A DNA stretch of 62,837 bases, filler included, from Choristocarpus tenellus KU-1152 (taxonomy: Eukaryota; Protista; Phaeophyceae): the NCBI GenBank assembly GCA_964200185.2. It is 11 parts of 11 records of this genome, joined end to end, with 100 filler letters (N's around TTAATTAATTAA, not from the genome) between each part and the next. Parts side by side here need not be neighbours in the genome. Positions count along the whole stretch, not along the records: positions 25,987 to 30,292 come from CAXNAD020015196.1; positions 30,393 to 36,381 come from CAXNAD020009229.1; positions 36,482 to 40,742 come from CAXNAD020015424.1; 8 more parts are not named here. One strand, 5' to 3'. The position numbers and the translations under genes are program-made. Position 1 is the stretch's first letter; every line of letters begins with the position of its first letter. Positions 26,520-39,166 of the stretch are shown here, piece by piece. Under the pieces are notes generated by a model, which did not search any database, had not been told where the DNA came from, and was given only the letters and a program-made list of their open reading frames with translations.

Positions 26520-27190
26520 AATTGACACGGATCGCATGATTGCATAAGACCATGAAAATAAAAATACCAATCAAGAAAAATTCTATAATTCCCGGCTCAT
26601 TTCATTTCCTTCTGCATTCCATGGGTAATACTTTGCTATTTAGATTCAAGCACAAAGTGAAAATCTGAAGTAGACTGATCAAATTTAACCTTACGGAAAA
26701 AAGCTAATGAAAAAACCCCAAATAGCTTCACTAATATTTTTTGAGTTGATGAAATAAAGCTTGAATTAAGTCTTTCTCCAGTCCAACTAATACAATTTTC
26801 CAGACTGAACCACAGTAGGCGTAAGACAATGATTAACTCCACAAATTTCACTAAATTGTTGGTAAAAAATTGCCTCAAATCTAAAAAAAAGACAAAGCTG
26901 ATTTTATCTACAGGGACAAGAATTGCTACACCTAAACTAGGTATAGCTCAAGAATGTAAAACTTCACCCGACGTAACCAAAACTGCAATATGTGTATTTA
27001 CAGGTAATATATTATGATCTATATATAATAGACGTAGATCTGTACCGACTTTTGATTTAAGATGATAGGGCCCTATAATAGAAAGATCCTCCTCGGAAAT
27101 GAGATATGAATAGAAAAGGGTAGACTTATTATCATCAGCATAAACATATTTATCCCGTGAAATGGGAAATATGGAGAGAATCACAACATA
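26520..27190 (-). pseudogene. cox2: Nuclear mitochondrial insertion (NUMT): cox2 3' half, nad4 5' fragment, probable cob fragment
   Basis: FYSYLISEEDL...LRLL...LPVNTHI..LVTSGEVLHS*AIPSLGV and SEICGVNH (cox2); FDQSTSDFHFV (nad4); WYF...YAIMRSV (cob). AT-rich, with stops and frameshifts. Confidence 0.85.
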
Positions 27191-30100
27191 AAGGGCAGTG
27201 GACAGAAATCAAATGATCTTTATCATGTTACTTCATACAATGTAATACATCATTATTTTGCGTAAAATATGTGGATTTGATACACGTAATACTAAAAAAT
27301 AACAGGCAGTACTTGGAAAGTATGTTTCAACTCGGAAACATGAAACATTTATTTTGAAGTGTGTTATCTCGTAGTTATCTCTTACTACTGCATGGTATCT
27401 GTATAAATGCAAGTGACTATGTTCCTGATGATGTGACTTTTGACATGGTTGACCAAAAATAATTTTGCATCAAGTTTGTTGGGGTGTTATTCGTAAAAAA
27501 ACTATTTCGTAATCCAAGTATTTCAAGCAGGTAAGGATGGATGACCTGCTCATATGTGCCTGCTCATATGTGCCTGTATCTCTCTGCAGTCTCTTCTCTT
27601 TAATTTTTTTGTCACACTTTGTGATCCATGTGATGAGCAGTATTGTGATGATCAGATAGATGATAAAGTGACCCCTAGCTTTTCATTTTCCTGTAGGACC
27701 TTGGTGATGCTAGCAGCATCAATGATATTCTGTCCTAACTTTTGGGTACAAGTGGTTAGTGTCTGGGTTTTTGGCTAGGTATCACTTGTTCGAGTTTTTT
27801 CATTCCAATTCTTGCATCGTAGCATTGTATGTTCTTGCTTCTCCTATGGCTCTGGGCTGCCTCTCGACCTTTTGCCACAGGTCCAGGAGTCCTGAGAGTA
27901 GTACTGTGAGAAGTCAATTCATTAGTCATAAGGGATGTGGATGTTTTGAAGGTACAGCAAGCAGTATGGCAGGGACTCAGGAGAGACTCACAGGGATTTA
28001 CAACGGCATACAATTCACTTTATTTTAGAGAATCACTTTTTCACAAGCAATCTGATTGGTAGACTACCCATATACACAAACTTGGTAAATTAAGTTGTTT
28101 ACAGCATTGGCCCCACTATACGAAGGCCCTGTCCCAGTCTGATCTCATTCACCATATTGGCCAGCTTGCCTTGAAGTTGACAATCCACGGTGATTCAAGG
28201 CCTGAGGTAGTTACTGCATGCCACTGAGATCTGTGGGGTTTTGGTAGAGATGCATGAGGAGGACAATGTCCTTCTTACGAAGAAGCTCAACAATATACAA
28301 CTATACGCATTTCAAAAGCAGTGTCATCGGTCTCTCGAACTGAGTTTGAGGATCATACTCTTCTGGGTGGTTCAGAGCGATGCGTTCAATTCACATTTCT
28401 AAACCCATTTCCTATCCCATCTTCTCTTTCCAATAAAATAATATTACATTATTTTTCCTATTTTTTCTCTTCTGTCTTCCATTCGTTTCTACAACAATTT
28501 CAACTGATTGCCCAGACCATTTCATTCTCCATCTTTTGATCTCCATTTAGAACTGTTTCCATAGTATTCACGGTATCATTATGTATTTCTATAGCTCTTT
28601 TCTCTCGTGTATTGTTGTATCTTGTTTCTTCTGCATTGAACCGATCCCCTTCGCTTCATTGTTTTTTTTCATTGTTCTATGTGGAATAGCATTATTTTTT
28701 TTTTGGGGGGGGGAAACAATGCTAAATGAAAATAGTTAAGACTTTCGTTCATTTTTTCTCTCACCATTCCCGGGGTATACCTCTGCATTTATGTTTTTGG
28801 ATGGCAGTTTACCACTTCACTTCCTACTTTTTGTCCATTGTATAATGTAGTGCTGATCCAAGTACTCACCACCCCTCTTCCTTTGTGTCAATCCCATTTC
28901 GCTCTACACTGTGATTGAGGTGCATATCTCCCACCCGGATCCCCCATGGCTGGGTTCCTTCAATGCGGAGGCTGCTGACTTTCACCTTTCCAATATCGCA
29001 TGGAAGATGATACACTCACTCACCGTCAATCATCACCCTCCAGCAAACTATTGACTTTTCCCACCTCATAACCTTGCGGCGTGGTTTTATTGGGGATACT
29101 GTGCAGATGAAAAAACTACGACAGTGTTGTCCCCACCAGCATTTGTGAGGAGAAGATTTGTCTTCATCCTACTTTTGAGGGATGCATCAGTCAATAATCA
29201 ATCAACGAATCGTTCACATCCCAAAGGAAAACCTTCGAAATCCTTGCCCTATTAAGACGTGGTGTGTGAGTTTTAAGGCCAGCAAAGGAGGAAGACAATT
29301 GCAGAGGAAGGTTCTGCACAAAAAAAACGGAGTCAAGCCTTTGGGGGACTGTTGCGGACGCCCATAAGACACGTGGGACAATTCAGAAAATCGAAAAATA
29401 TAAAACACACGAACTTCCAAAATCGCGACTTTCGCTTCAAATTTTGTCCAGTTTTTGGCCTCAAAATGTGAAAATCTCATACTTGATCTCGCACTTACCT
29501 CGAGATTTTGCGACGACAACAATATCACAATAGCCTCCTCAGAATGAGATGGAAAACGGTCTTACTGTTCCTAGAACATAGGCAAAGTGGTGGGAAGTGC
29601 AGAAACAAAAATAGTTTTAAGCAATCGTGAAAATTCGACGTACTTTTGTTATTATTACATTGTTGCGAGAAAGTCCTAACCCAAATGGGCGAAGCAATTC
29701 TCATTTAGAATTAAGGCCTTATCGACGACAAAATTCACAATGGCAGTAGACTCTCAACAAACACTTAGGGTTGGTTAACAGTGTGTAATACTGCTGTAAT
29801 TCTTTAACACTGGGAAAGTGTGGAGGCCGCGAACAACTCCAACAAAACATCGAAATATCCAGTCATATAAATTCTTTTGATTTCATTTTTACTACAACAC
29901 ATATAATACATGACGGCGATATACATTTATCAGCCTGTGCAGAACCCAACATTCATATTTGATCCACAACCACAACATCAAGTGTTCAACTCCCACCTTC
30001 AACCCCCCAAACCTACTTTATGGATTGATCTTGTCTTGATATCTGATTTTTTTTTAGAGATGGCGGGCCCACTACCAACATGTGGGGCAACCATCTCCGT

Positions 30101-30248
30101 GATTATTCTCCATTACCAGGCTTGGAGATGAGTCGATGGAGGGGTACTATGGAGGAATGGATTTAGTGGGTATGTCAGCGGATGATGGGTTATCTTTATC
30201 ATTCTATTGGTGGTCGTACATTAATCGAGGAAGATCCCGCCACATGGT

Positions 30249-30292
30249 GACCCAAAGTAACTGGGGGTGGAGGGGGGGTCTACACCAGGGTG
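30249..30292. mobile_element. MITE family A, cut by contig end
   Basis: gacccaaagtaactggggg...gtctacaccagggtg. Confidence 0.7.
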
Positions 30293-30392
30293 NNNNNNNN
30301 NNNNNNNNNNNNNNNNNNNNNNNNNNNNNNNNNNNNTTAATTAATTAANNNNNNNNNNNNNNNNNNNNNNNNNNNNNNNNNNNNNNNNNNNN
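30293..30392. other. Artificial contig spacer
   Basis: Same 100-nt spacer. Confidence 0.95.
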
Positions 30393-30870
30393 GGGTGATT
30401 GAAGGGGATTCTGGGTGGGACGACGGGGAATACAGTCCGCCATCTGGACCAGATGCTGGGGGGGGGGAGGGAGCCCAATCGCTTGCACTGCATCCTGAGG
30501 AATGGACGGTTTCATTCTCCTCTCGAAGTTGTACGATGGAGTCAGTGGATGTTGACAGGTGCGTTCCAGCAGGGAGGCGTGCGCCAGCAATTTTAAAATT
30601 GCTTGTTGGAACTGATGTAATTTTTTTTGTAAGGGGAGCGCGGCTGCTGGGTTTTAAGGGCCCCTCTCTCTGACTCTCCTGGTGGAATGGCCCTTTATAT
30701 GTTTTTTTGTTTTTTTTCTGAGTAAGTTCGATTCTGCTGAAGTGGATCGTCCTTATCGACTTCCTATTTTCGAACATCGTCTTAATTATTACCAACCTGA
30801 AAAATCCCCTTAGAGCTCGAAATGACCAAGGCATACCTCCCCCTCGGTTGCATAATTTTCTTTGAGTCAT
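30393..30870 (-). CDS. 5' part of an unknown gene (Ser/Pro-rich), divergent from the POT1-like gene, truncated by the contig end
   Basis: Open frame GPFHQESQREGPLKPSS...HPESPSIT running into the spacer; candidate first exon MTQRKLC...GFFR|gttggt. Confidence 0.35.
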
Positions 30871-31002
30871 GACTCCTTTTTTGGGGGGGGGATGGACAGT
30901 TGACTTTTTCCGGGAAAAATATCTCTTTTTCCGCCGAGCAAGAAATCGGAGTTCAGTAGATATGTCAGGCGTATTCAGTAGTATGGTGTGTGCTGCGAAG
31001 AG

Positions 31003-31037
<35 letters not shown>

Positions 31038-31229
31038 GTACGCGCTATTTGTCGTAAGCTGCGAGAGACTTGTTGCATGGTTGTACCATGCAGACTCGAC
31101 CTCAACCCCCCTTTTTTTTCTTTTTCTTTTTTCGCTTGGGCCTTTGGAAGGCGTTTTTATGGCGCATGGAGAGATGCGTGTTTTTTGGTTTTTTGGGGTT
31201 TTTTTTTTTTTCTTGGAAACATCTGTGCG

Positions 31230-34200
31230 GGACTAGAAAATTCTTCTTGTCAGTGCTCGAGAACAATACTTTCACCATGGTTTGTTCCTTTGTTGATGTA
31301 TAATCAAAGGGGGCTGCTTGACGGTGTTGATTTATGGGCATACGCATCCTGCCTCCCTCGGAATGATGGTTGGACAACGTATTTAGACTCAAGGCCTTTA
31401 CCGGGGACCAGGGTTTGTTTGCTGAAGGTTGAGATAGCCGTGCTGATGCCATTTCACCGCAGCACTGTAGGTCTGAGTTATCTTGTAACTAGGTGAAACC
31501 GTTGTGTGTTTCAGGGGCAACTGCCTCATATGATGCACTACGATGTAGTTACCTTCTAGAATACTCACCTCAGTAAGGCGTGCGTGCGTGTCTTGTGGTT
31601 GATGAAACATTGAGGGACATTGACAAGGTGTTGGCGATTATCCAACCGCACTCTCCTTACCCCTTGCCTTTGTGCAAGTTAATTTCAATATGTTGATAAC
31701 GGATCGTTCTATTTTTTTCTTTTGGGGACTGCTGTGTCTGTCTTGGGAGGGAGCAGGTGCAAGGCCCTACATGAGTGGTTTATGGCTGCAGCGCCTGAGA
31801 TGAAGGTGGTGTCACAGGGCCCAGACACCCAGGGTATGGGCGCTACTGTGCGTGACGTGCTTGCAGGCCTACCAGAGGCCAAGAAAGATCAAACGTTGGA
31901 GACTAAGGTGGGGTGTGCCTTGTGAAGAGTGAGGGGCCCGAAGCGCCACATTGCCTTTTCTCATCATTTGCATGTCTCGCACGACCTTCGATGTGTGCTA
32001 ATCAATGGGGTGCAATTCTGAAACATTTAACAGTCTCTCTCTTTTTCTTTTTTTTGTGCTTCATTATGAAAAAGACTTTTTTTTTTTTCACCGCAAGCAA
32101 GCAAGAAAGAAAAAAAGAAAGAAAGAAAAAAAATGGAGGCAACGCAGTTAGTCGCAGAACAACACTTACTTACAGTAGAGGTAGTACGTATAAAAAAATA
32201 GTTCAACTACGTGGTGTCTCCGACCGCGGGTTGAGATAGCCCCCAGGTTCAAAGGTGAGTGAGTAGTAGTAGTCCTCGGGCCTTCACTACTCCATAGTAG
32301 TCATGTTCGCTCATATATTTTTTTTGTCTCAATCTACACATCGCTCTCGTTGGACTCGAGCCTGTTTGACCCCTGTCAGTGGGACCATTATCCTCCCACA
32401 ATTGTGAGAGACAGTACATTCGTCCTCTCACCGACACACGGAGTTGGGAAAGCAGGAAGGCGTATTGGGGTTCACCCAATGCTTCTGGTCTTGTGTCAAA
32501 TATTGAGATACCCCGCTGTTGTACCCCCAGACGAGTCAGTCCCACGGCTCGTTGAGCCAGGAAACTGGCCAAATGGGAAACCCAGAGATTTGAGATGACC
32601 ACTCGTGGAGGATGCATGCGTCTAGTCTATGGCGGGAGAATGAATACCCAACAAAATGGATTAGGTCCAGGCAACACCCAGGCTTCCGATTTTGTCGAAG
32701 TACTTGCAGACGCTTTTTGGCACGGCAAGGAGGGGAGGAGGAGTCTTACAGGAGTGTCTATGTGCACACACTGCTTGAGTCAAGATCAATAAGGGTTGTT
32801 TCACACCGCCTCACAATATTTACACTTCTTTTTTTTGCCCCCATCGTTCGCCCTTACACGAACCCACAGGTGGATATGGTTTGTTGTTTGGTACGCCAGG
32901 AGGTTCATGTGTCAGAAACCGGCGTCAGCAGTCTCAAGAGACTCTACTTATGGGATGGGACGGGCGCCTTCAGCAGCTGTCAACCCACCACCGAAACCAA
33001 AGACCTGTGGGCTGCTGTGGAACGAGGCATGGGGTTTGCTCTTGGACGCCCTTGGCGAAAGGGTCCAATGACTTTGGGCTCCGGTTTTCTAACTGTTGAA
33101 ATCAAGTGTGATTCTGAAGAGGTGATTACCTGTTTGTCTTGAACAGAGATCCAGGAAAGGGAAAGTACCCTCCCTTCTTTTGACGTGGACTTGTGCTCAT
33201 CTCTCCATACTTTCATGACTCGGTGGTAGTCCAACTCCACCCATCCCTGGAACCCCCTCTTGCTTTGGTTATGAATGATACTGGGGTAGGTGATGAAGCT
33301 GGGGTTGAAGGCAGGCATGTGGCTCCGCTTACGGAAGGCTGACATGACCAAGGATGGAAGGTTAAATAATGTCACGGTGAGGATGATGGCGAACTCAAGC
33401 ATCAACTCCCTCCACCCAGCGATGGCAGAAGTTCAAGCAGTGGCAAAGGCTTACTTGGCAAGACTCAGCCCTAAGGCTCAAGATTGTCTTGCTTTGGATT
33501 TCTTGAACAAGCGAGGGCTTCCACAACCCGCTCTATCCTCCACAGGCAGGGTTCTGTCCGATCTGGGGAAGGTCAAGAGCACCCCCTCCCCAGCGGAGTT
33601 TGTGGTCCGTGTCAAGGTCACAAGGCACTGCCCGTCCATGGTGAGGCTCTAGAATGTGTTTGCGTTATAGGGGATGCTGAGTGTTTTACCCAAGCTCCAT
33701 TGAGCAAAGAAGATTTCCAAGGCAGCATCATCTTGTGGTTCATCCTGTCTCTTCCCCAGAGTTGAGTCCTGTCGGGATTGAGGTTGAAGAGGAAAATAGC
33801 AGCAACAGGGTGATGTTTACACCAATAGAATTGCCCGCGCATCACACCCAACCAATAGGATGCGTTCACGCTGCAACCACTGACCCTCAACTCTCCCGGT
33901 CTGCCATTACCTTCTGTTGTTTGTTTATTGCAAAGGTATCGGAGCTTGTGCGCAAGGGACCTATGCCTGAACAAGGCATGCTTTACCTCTTCAGTCTGAG
34001 GTTGGAGGACGATGAAGGGGAGATTGATGCCCTTGCCCAGGGTCGGGACGCCAGCGGGCTCTTCCCATGGGCGCCGTCAGACGACTTTTTGTCCAACAAG
34101 GCATCCCAGGACCGTGTCCAACAACAACTCCAAGATTTAGAACAGAGTGGTGAAGAAGGGGGCAGTGGAAAGGAGATTGAACTTGGAATCTATTCATACA

Positions 34201-34286
34201 TAACAAGGGGATCCAATGGGGATAAGTTGAAACGCTTTGGCATCATGCCCCCTTGCAAAGTGGTGGAGGTTGGTGCTGTAAGCTAG
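31230..34286 (+). pseudogene. POT1: POT1-like telomere ssDNA-binding (OB-fold) protein gene, multi-exon, apparently disrupted; 5' boundary uncertain
   Basis: OB2-like VDMVCCLV...LYLWDGTG (exon from 32870) and GMWLRLR; C-terminal EFVVRVKVTRHCP and YLFSLRLEDDEGEIDALAQGRDASGLF...IELGIYSY...KRFGI resemble the POT1 C-terminal OB fold. A stop and a frameshift at ~33225-33290 cannot be removed by a convincing intron. Confidence 0.78.
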
Positions 34287-36381
34287 GTTGCAGGCCTGGT
34301 GCAGACGGGGGTGGGGGTGAGGGTAGGGGGATTTCATTAGGCCCTGTGTCTTGACTATCGTCTTCCACATTAGTGAACAGGACTGGTTGTGAGGGTGGTA
34401 TTGTGTGTTTTTTGATAAAATGGGTTAGCTAGTTTTACTTTAGAGAGGTGTTCATTATTATTTACCTTGCAGCTCATAGATCGATGCACACCTGGTTCTA
34501 CCTGTTCAAATGTTCCGATTTGTGTGGTTGGTAGGACTATGCATTTATTTGTCCAGCCAATTGGGCTCATTACAATAGAGCGTCTCAAGAGAGTCAAGGG
34601 TAGGATTTTGTCTAGGTAACGATGCATTAAGACAGGTTTGTGCTTCTTTTTTTATTGGCAAACTAGCAGAAGAAAGGATAAGAACTCCTGACTGGAGGAG
34701 ATTTTTGGTTGTGTAACTTGGAGTTCAACTATGTGCTAGGGGAGTATATATATATATATCGATGGGTTGCCCTGGTGTACTTGTAGCACTACACACGTAT
34801 ATAGTGTTTTGCTTTGCTAATATAAATGCCATAGCTTCACTGCTTCAGAACAAACTTACCAGTATCAGCTTTGCATTCATGTACAGTATAATAGTGCACT
34901 GCATGGAGTATGGCGGTGATCATGAAAAAACTGAATCGTCATACTCTCCATGATTTTCAAATAGTTAACTGTTTCACTCTGAGCCAAAACAGTTTAGAGG
35001 TAGGCAAGTTTGGACCCTTTTTGCAGTCAAAGCCACCTTTCTTACCCTGGGCAATACACTTTATTTCATTTCTGTGTGTGAACAATCGTGCACACAGAAT
35101 AAAATGGATATCCCCCCTCTCCAAGCACCAATTGACACCACAACTTAATCAAGGCTCTTTCTGGAATTAGACAAAATGACATCTTGTGCTTTCTCGGGAT
35201 CCTTAAGATGCAACCCTGCCTACAGTTGTTTTGACTCATCTATCACCCCCCCCGTTAGTACCCCTAGCTATGAAACGTTTGAACAAGTCCCAAGACCAAG
35301 ATATGGAATATGGATAGGATGAAGTATCAGGGTTCTGGTCGCACGAACCTGTGCAGCAATGGCAACCACAATACCTGTGTGCATATTCGTTCATGGAAAC
35401 CTAGGACATGGAGTAACATGTTTCATTTCCCACTTCTATTGGTTTCCACTTTAATATATGGACTTTCCAGCAAAGACAGTCACATGTATGCCTTTCTTAA
35501 AAGTACACACTCCAGTGTAATTTATATGGGGTCCCAGAACATGGTTCGAAAGCTGTTTGTAATACCTCAAAAGAGTTTTTACGGTGGTGTCCAGAACCCA
35601 CGGATTTAGGATAAACTCTTCAAAAAGTAATCCAAATCAAGACAGTATATAGACTTCTCACAGGAATATCTGGAGATCCACCTGTTGAGAGGGAACCACG
35701 ACCCTTGACTCAAAAATTGTGGGATCTGCCAAATCATGCGGTTTGCTTGTAAGTATTGACGCACACACACTTATTATGTATGCCTGCGTATATATCTGTA
35801 TATCGTTCCTTGTATTTGATCCAGTGTGCCGTTGTACTACTGCACTTGAAATGTCAGTTAATAAAGAACTACCCACATGCATCCCATGCATTGTGACAGT
35901 TGAGTTCGACGGACGGAACTTGTCAACCCTTTGGGCATGGTACTTGTTGTGGCAAAAGTATGCTCACCTTCCCTGAGAGGGTTTACTTACTGCTCTATTC
36001 CTTAGGTCATTTGGTAACAGGACATTCCATACCCTATTGTCTCAGCTTTGGTATTGTTTTGAGATCTTCCTCTTTCAGATGTACCGCAGACAGATGGTGC
36101 CCCAGTATATTTCGAAGGTTCGAAGAAGTCATTTGTAGTAATCTTCCCAAGAAAAGCCTCTCAGCAAAATTGAGGATGGAGCATACTATGGAGGATCATT
36201 TTGACCCAAAATGGTGCGCGGAAAATGTCCATACGTTGTTTTTTTTTGTTAAAGTTGCGGCACTTTTTAAGGGCCCCTTTGAGAATGGGAATCCGTGCCG
36301 AAGGTGGTAGTAGGACAGTGTGTGGGGGGCGGCAATGATTTCGTTTGATTGTTGTGTATATGTATGCCCTGCGTTGGCTTG

Positions 36382-36481
36382 NNNNNNNNNNNNNNNNNNN
36401 NNNNNNNNNNNNNNNNNNNNNNNNNTTAATTAATTAANNNNNNNNNNNNNNNNNNNNNNNNNNNNNNNNNNNNNNNNNNNN
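36382..36481. other. Artificial contig spacer
   Basis: Same 100-nt spacer. Confidence 0.95.
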
Positions 36482-37139
36482 TAACCCTAACCCTGCAAAA
36501 TCGATATTATACCATATAGATTGTGTGCCGCTTTTTTAGGGCATACCCATGGGTGAACAAAATCGGGGTAGGTACTGTATGTATTGTGTGTTGAACAACG
36601 ATTGATGATCTATTTCTGATGAACAGAATCAATTTATTATTGTTCTCTCTAACATTTTGAAATATTATATGATAATTTAAGACAAAAGGATCAAGACAAA
36701 AATAACTACTATAAAACTATTTAAACTATTTGACCAATATCATTGTAGATACAACTACTAGTGTTTAAAGTATGTGCTTCATTTGTTCTCAATAACTGTA
36801 CCTTAAACACCTATTCTTATCCTATGAATAGGTCGGTCATTGAATATTCGGTTGTACTATCATATTGATGTCATATACCATTCATTCCTTCTTTCTTCCT
36901 CCATAACGTAACAACGTTAAGATGTTGTTTGACAATTGACCACGCATACATCTTTGCATTAAGAATACTGGTACTACTCTTTGTATAAAATTGTGAATTC
37001 ACATGTATGTATTATCACATGTGCGTCTATTAATATATATCACCTACCATCTATTGATCCTACATACAGCAAGAAGACACATTATGCTATCTCTGTACCC
37101 ATTTCTTTTTCCGTGACACAGTCGTTTATGGGGTAAGAC

Positions 37140-37560
37140 TACCCCAGTTCAGTCATCGCTTGAATTTTGGAATAATGTGGAGACACCAGAGGTTCTGTTA
37201 GGTGGGATTGGGAGGTGAACCTCCCAAGGCGGTTCTGTGTTAAGGTGTCGAAGGAGTACGATTTGAAAGAGTAACTCCGGTTTTATAAGAATTCTTCTTT
37301 GTACCACATTTTGCACGTCCATAGTGAAGTAATGAACGTCATGAAGGACAATGGGCAGGATGTGGCAAAGGAGGGGCTTCGTGTCATTAAGGGAATTGCA
37401 GCTCAGGGCCCACATGACATTAGTGTGCCGTCTCAAGGAGATAGTACAGTCTCCCTTGACCTCGGTGAACTTGACGATCTCAAGATCAATAGGTTCTCCC
37501 TCACATTTAACCATGCGAAGACAAGGAGGGCCTTCAACGGGACCCTTGCAGACTCGAGGG
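37140..37560 (-). pseudogene. Decayed Ulp1/peptidase C48-like protease (likely transposon cargo)
   Basis: ILPIVLHDVHYF (His), SFDTL in a shifted frame (Asp), and QNSSDD-tg[aac]t-GV, which reads Q-x4-DCGV if 3 nt are removed; coding-like codon usage on the minus strand. Confidence 0.5.
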
Positions 37561-37855
37561 GAGCAGTGTGGTCTCAGGGTGGGATGGCTCTTATGCTGGC
37601 TGGTGAGATTCGTACAGCAGTGGTCGTGGGGGGGAAGGGGAGAATTACTTTCCTCGACCCTGGCAACTTTCCTAGTTCATGTCATGTATCTAAACAGGTT
37701 CAAATTTCTGATAAATTTAGATGAGACCGAACTGTGTAACTACGTAAGTCGAGTGTCGTAGCACTTGTCCTAACTGTTGCTGTGTTTAAGCCGCAACATC
37801 TACTTGGTTACTATGCCTTAATGAAGCGCTCTGATATACTCATCGTAATTCGCAG

Positions 37856-39166
37856 GCCTACTCTTCCTCTACCGCGACGGCACTGAAGGTGGAAATTTAC
37901 GTCCATTCTATGTGGTGTACATCCTGCTACTCCTAAGCACTGTCCTTGCCACTCGTAGCGGTCATTTCCAACGACACTCTGAGCCATGGTGTGCTCTATT
38001 TATTACCATCCTTGGGGTGAGTGCTGTACATGTTCAGAAGTTTTCCAACATGAAACACGGTAATGAAACAATGTGTGGGTGACTTCAGAAATAGGGAACA
38101 CGAGGTACGCCGAACCCTCCAATGCCAAGGGACACATATGTAAGAAGGGTTTTTTGAAGACGCTTTTCTAACCTCCCCAATTAGATTAACATTGAGAGCT
38201 GTGTGTATTGGGTAGATAGTGGGGTGAATAGAGGAGTACTCAACTTTCAGGATTTGGTCTGGAAGAACAGATTACTACTACTTGCCAGCCTGCAGGCTTG
38301 TGGCAGATCAATTTTAGTCTACTAAACTTGTATCTCTCACTTGCTACCCAACCTGAGATGCCATTTTGAACTTTCACATTCCTCCCTCCTCAATCAATAA
38401 TAATCAGTAGCATTTGATGTAGTACATGGTGTAATGAGGGGCACTGAGAAGCAAAAAACACGTCTTAACTGTGGAATGTCTTTTATGTGGACAGGTGGTT
38501 ATCATAGTTCCAGTTGTTACCTGGGACAACGAATATCGCAACGAATTCTTCTGGGCTATCATTTTCATCATGCATGCATTGTTGCCCTTCATGGGAGTGG
38601 TCCTTCAAGTCAACTTCATTCTGACATTTGTGATCTTCATCACATGTACTGTCACAATGGGCCTTGCTATGGTTTATGCACAAGTCTACCCAGCCTGGTG
38701 TGTGTGTGTATGATGTGTCTGGAAGACGTGTTATTTATTGAATCACTCTTGTTGAGCAAATCCGTCACAAGGGGGGACATGGAACTTTAAGAACTAGTAT
38801 ATGACAAGCAGGTGCAGGTTTAATCCTTGTGTATGTGGGAAGCTTTTGTGTATCTTGTACATGCTGGGAATCTGTTGTTGGGAGCACTTCAGGGAGCTGG
38901 GGAGATTTGGAGATTGGAAGAGTCCCTGCACCACTTGTAGCCCCCCCTTCCTTAATTAACCCTATCATTTTGTACTGTATTTTTTCCATTTCCTTTGCAG
39001 GTTCTTGATCCCCTCCCTCTTGATAACTGATGCTGCTGAGGTTGGTGTTGGATATGTGAATAACCTTGGCCGGATGACGGCATTTGTGGAGATTGTACAC
39101 AATCTACTGAAGAAGGCAGAGCTGCATCGGACAGAGAACAAGAGGAAGACTGCTTGGATGGCACAG
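37856..39166 (+). CDS. Partial multi-pass membrane protein gene (exons 37856-38016, 38495-38697, 39001-39166), possibly the sensor part of a histidine kinase
   Basis: Three phase-compatible exons with canonical AG/GT sites; several hydrophobic helices followed by a charged helix ending ENKRKTAWMAQ|, like the lead-in to a HisKA H-box. The H-box exon itself is not seen. Confidence 0.6.

Noticed and set aside
26948-26950. TGA at the conserved cox2 Trp as evidence of genetic code 4
   Set aside because: Single site in a heavily mutated NUMT; TGG to TGA decay explains it.
36482-36494. TAACCCTAACCC at a contig start as a telomere
   Set aside because: Only two units; similar short motifs occur internally (e.g. 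~1913, ~5872, ~7075, ~42761).
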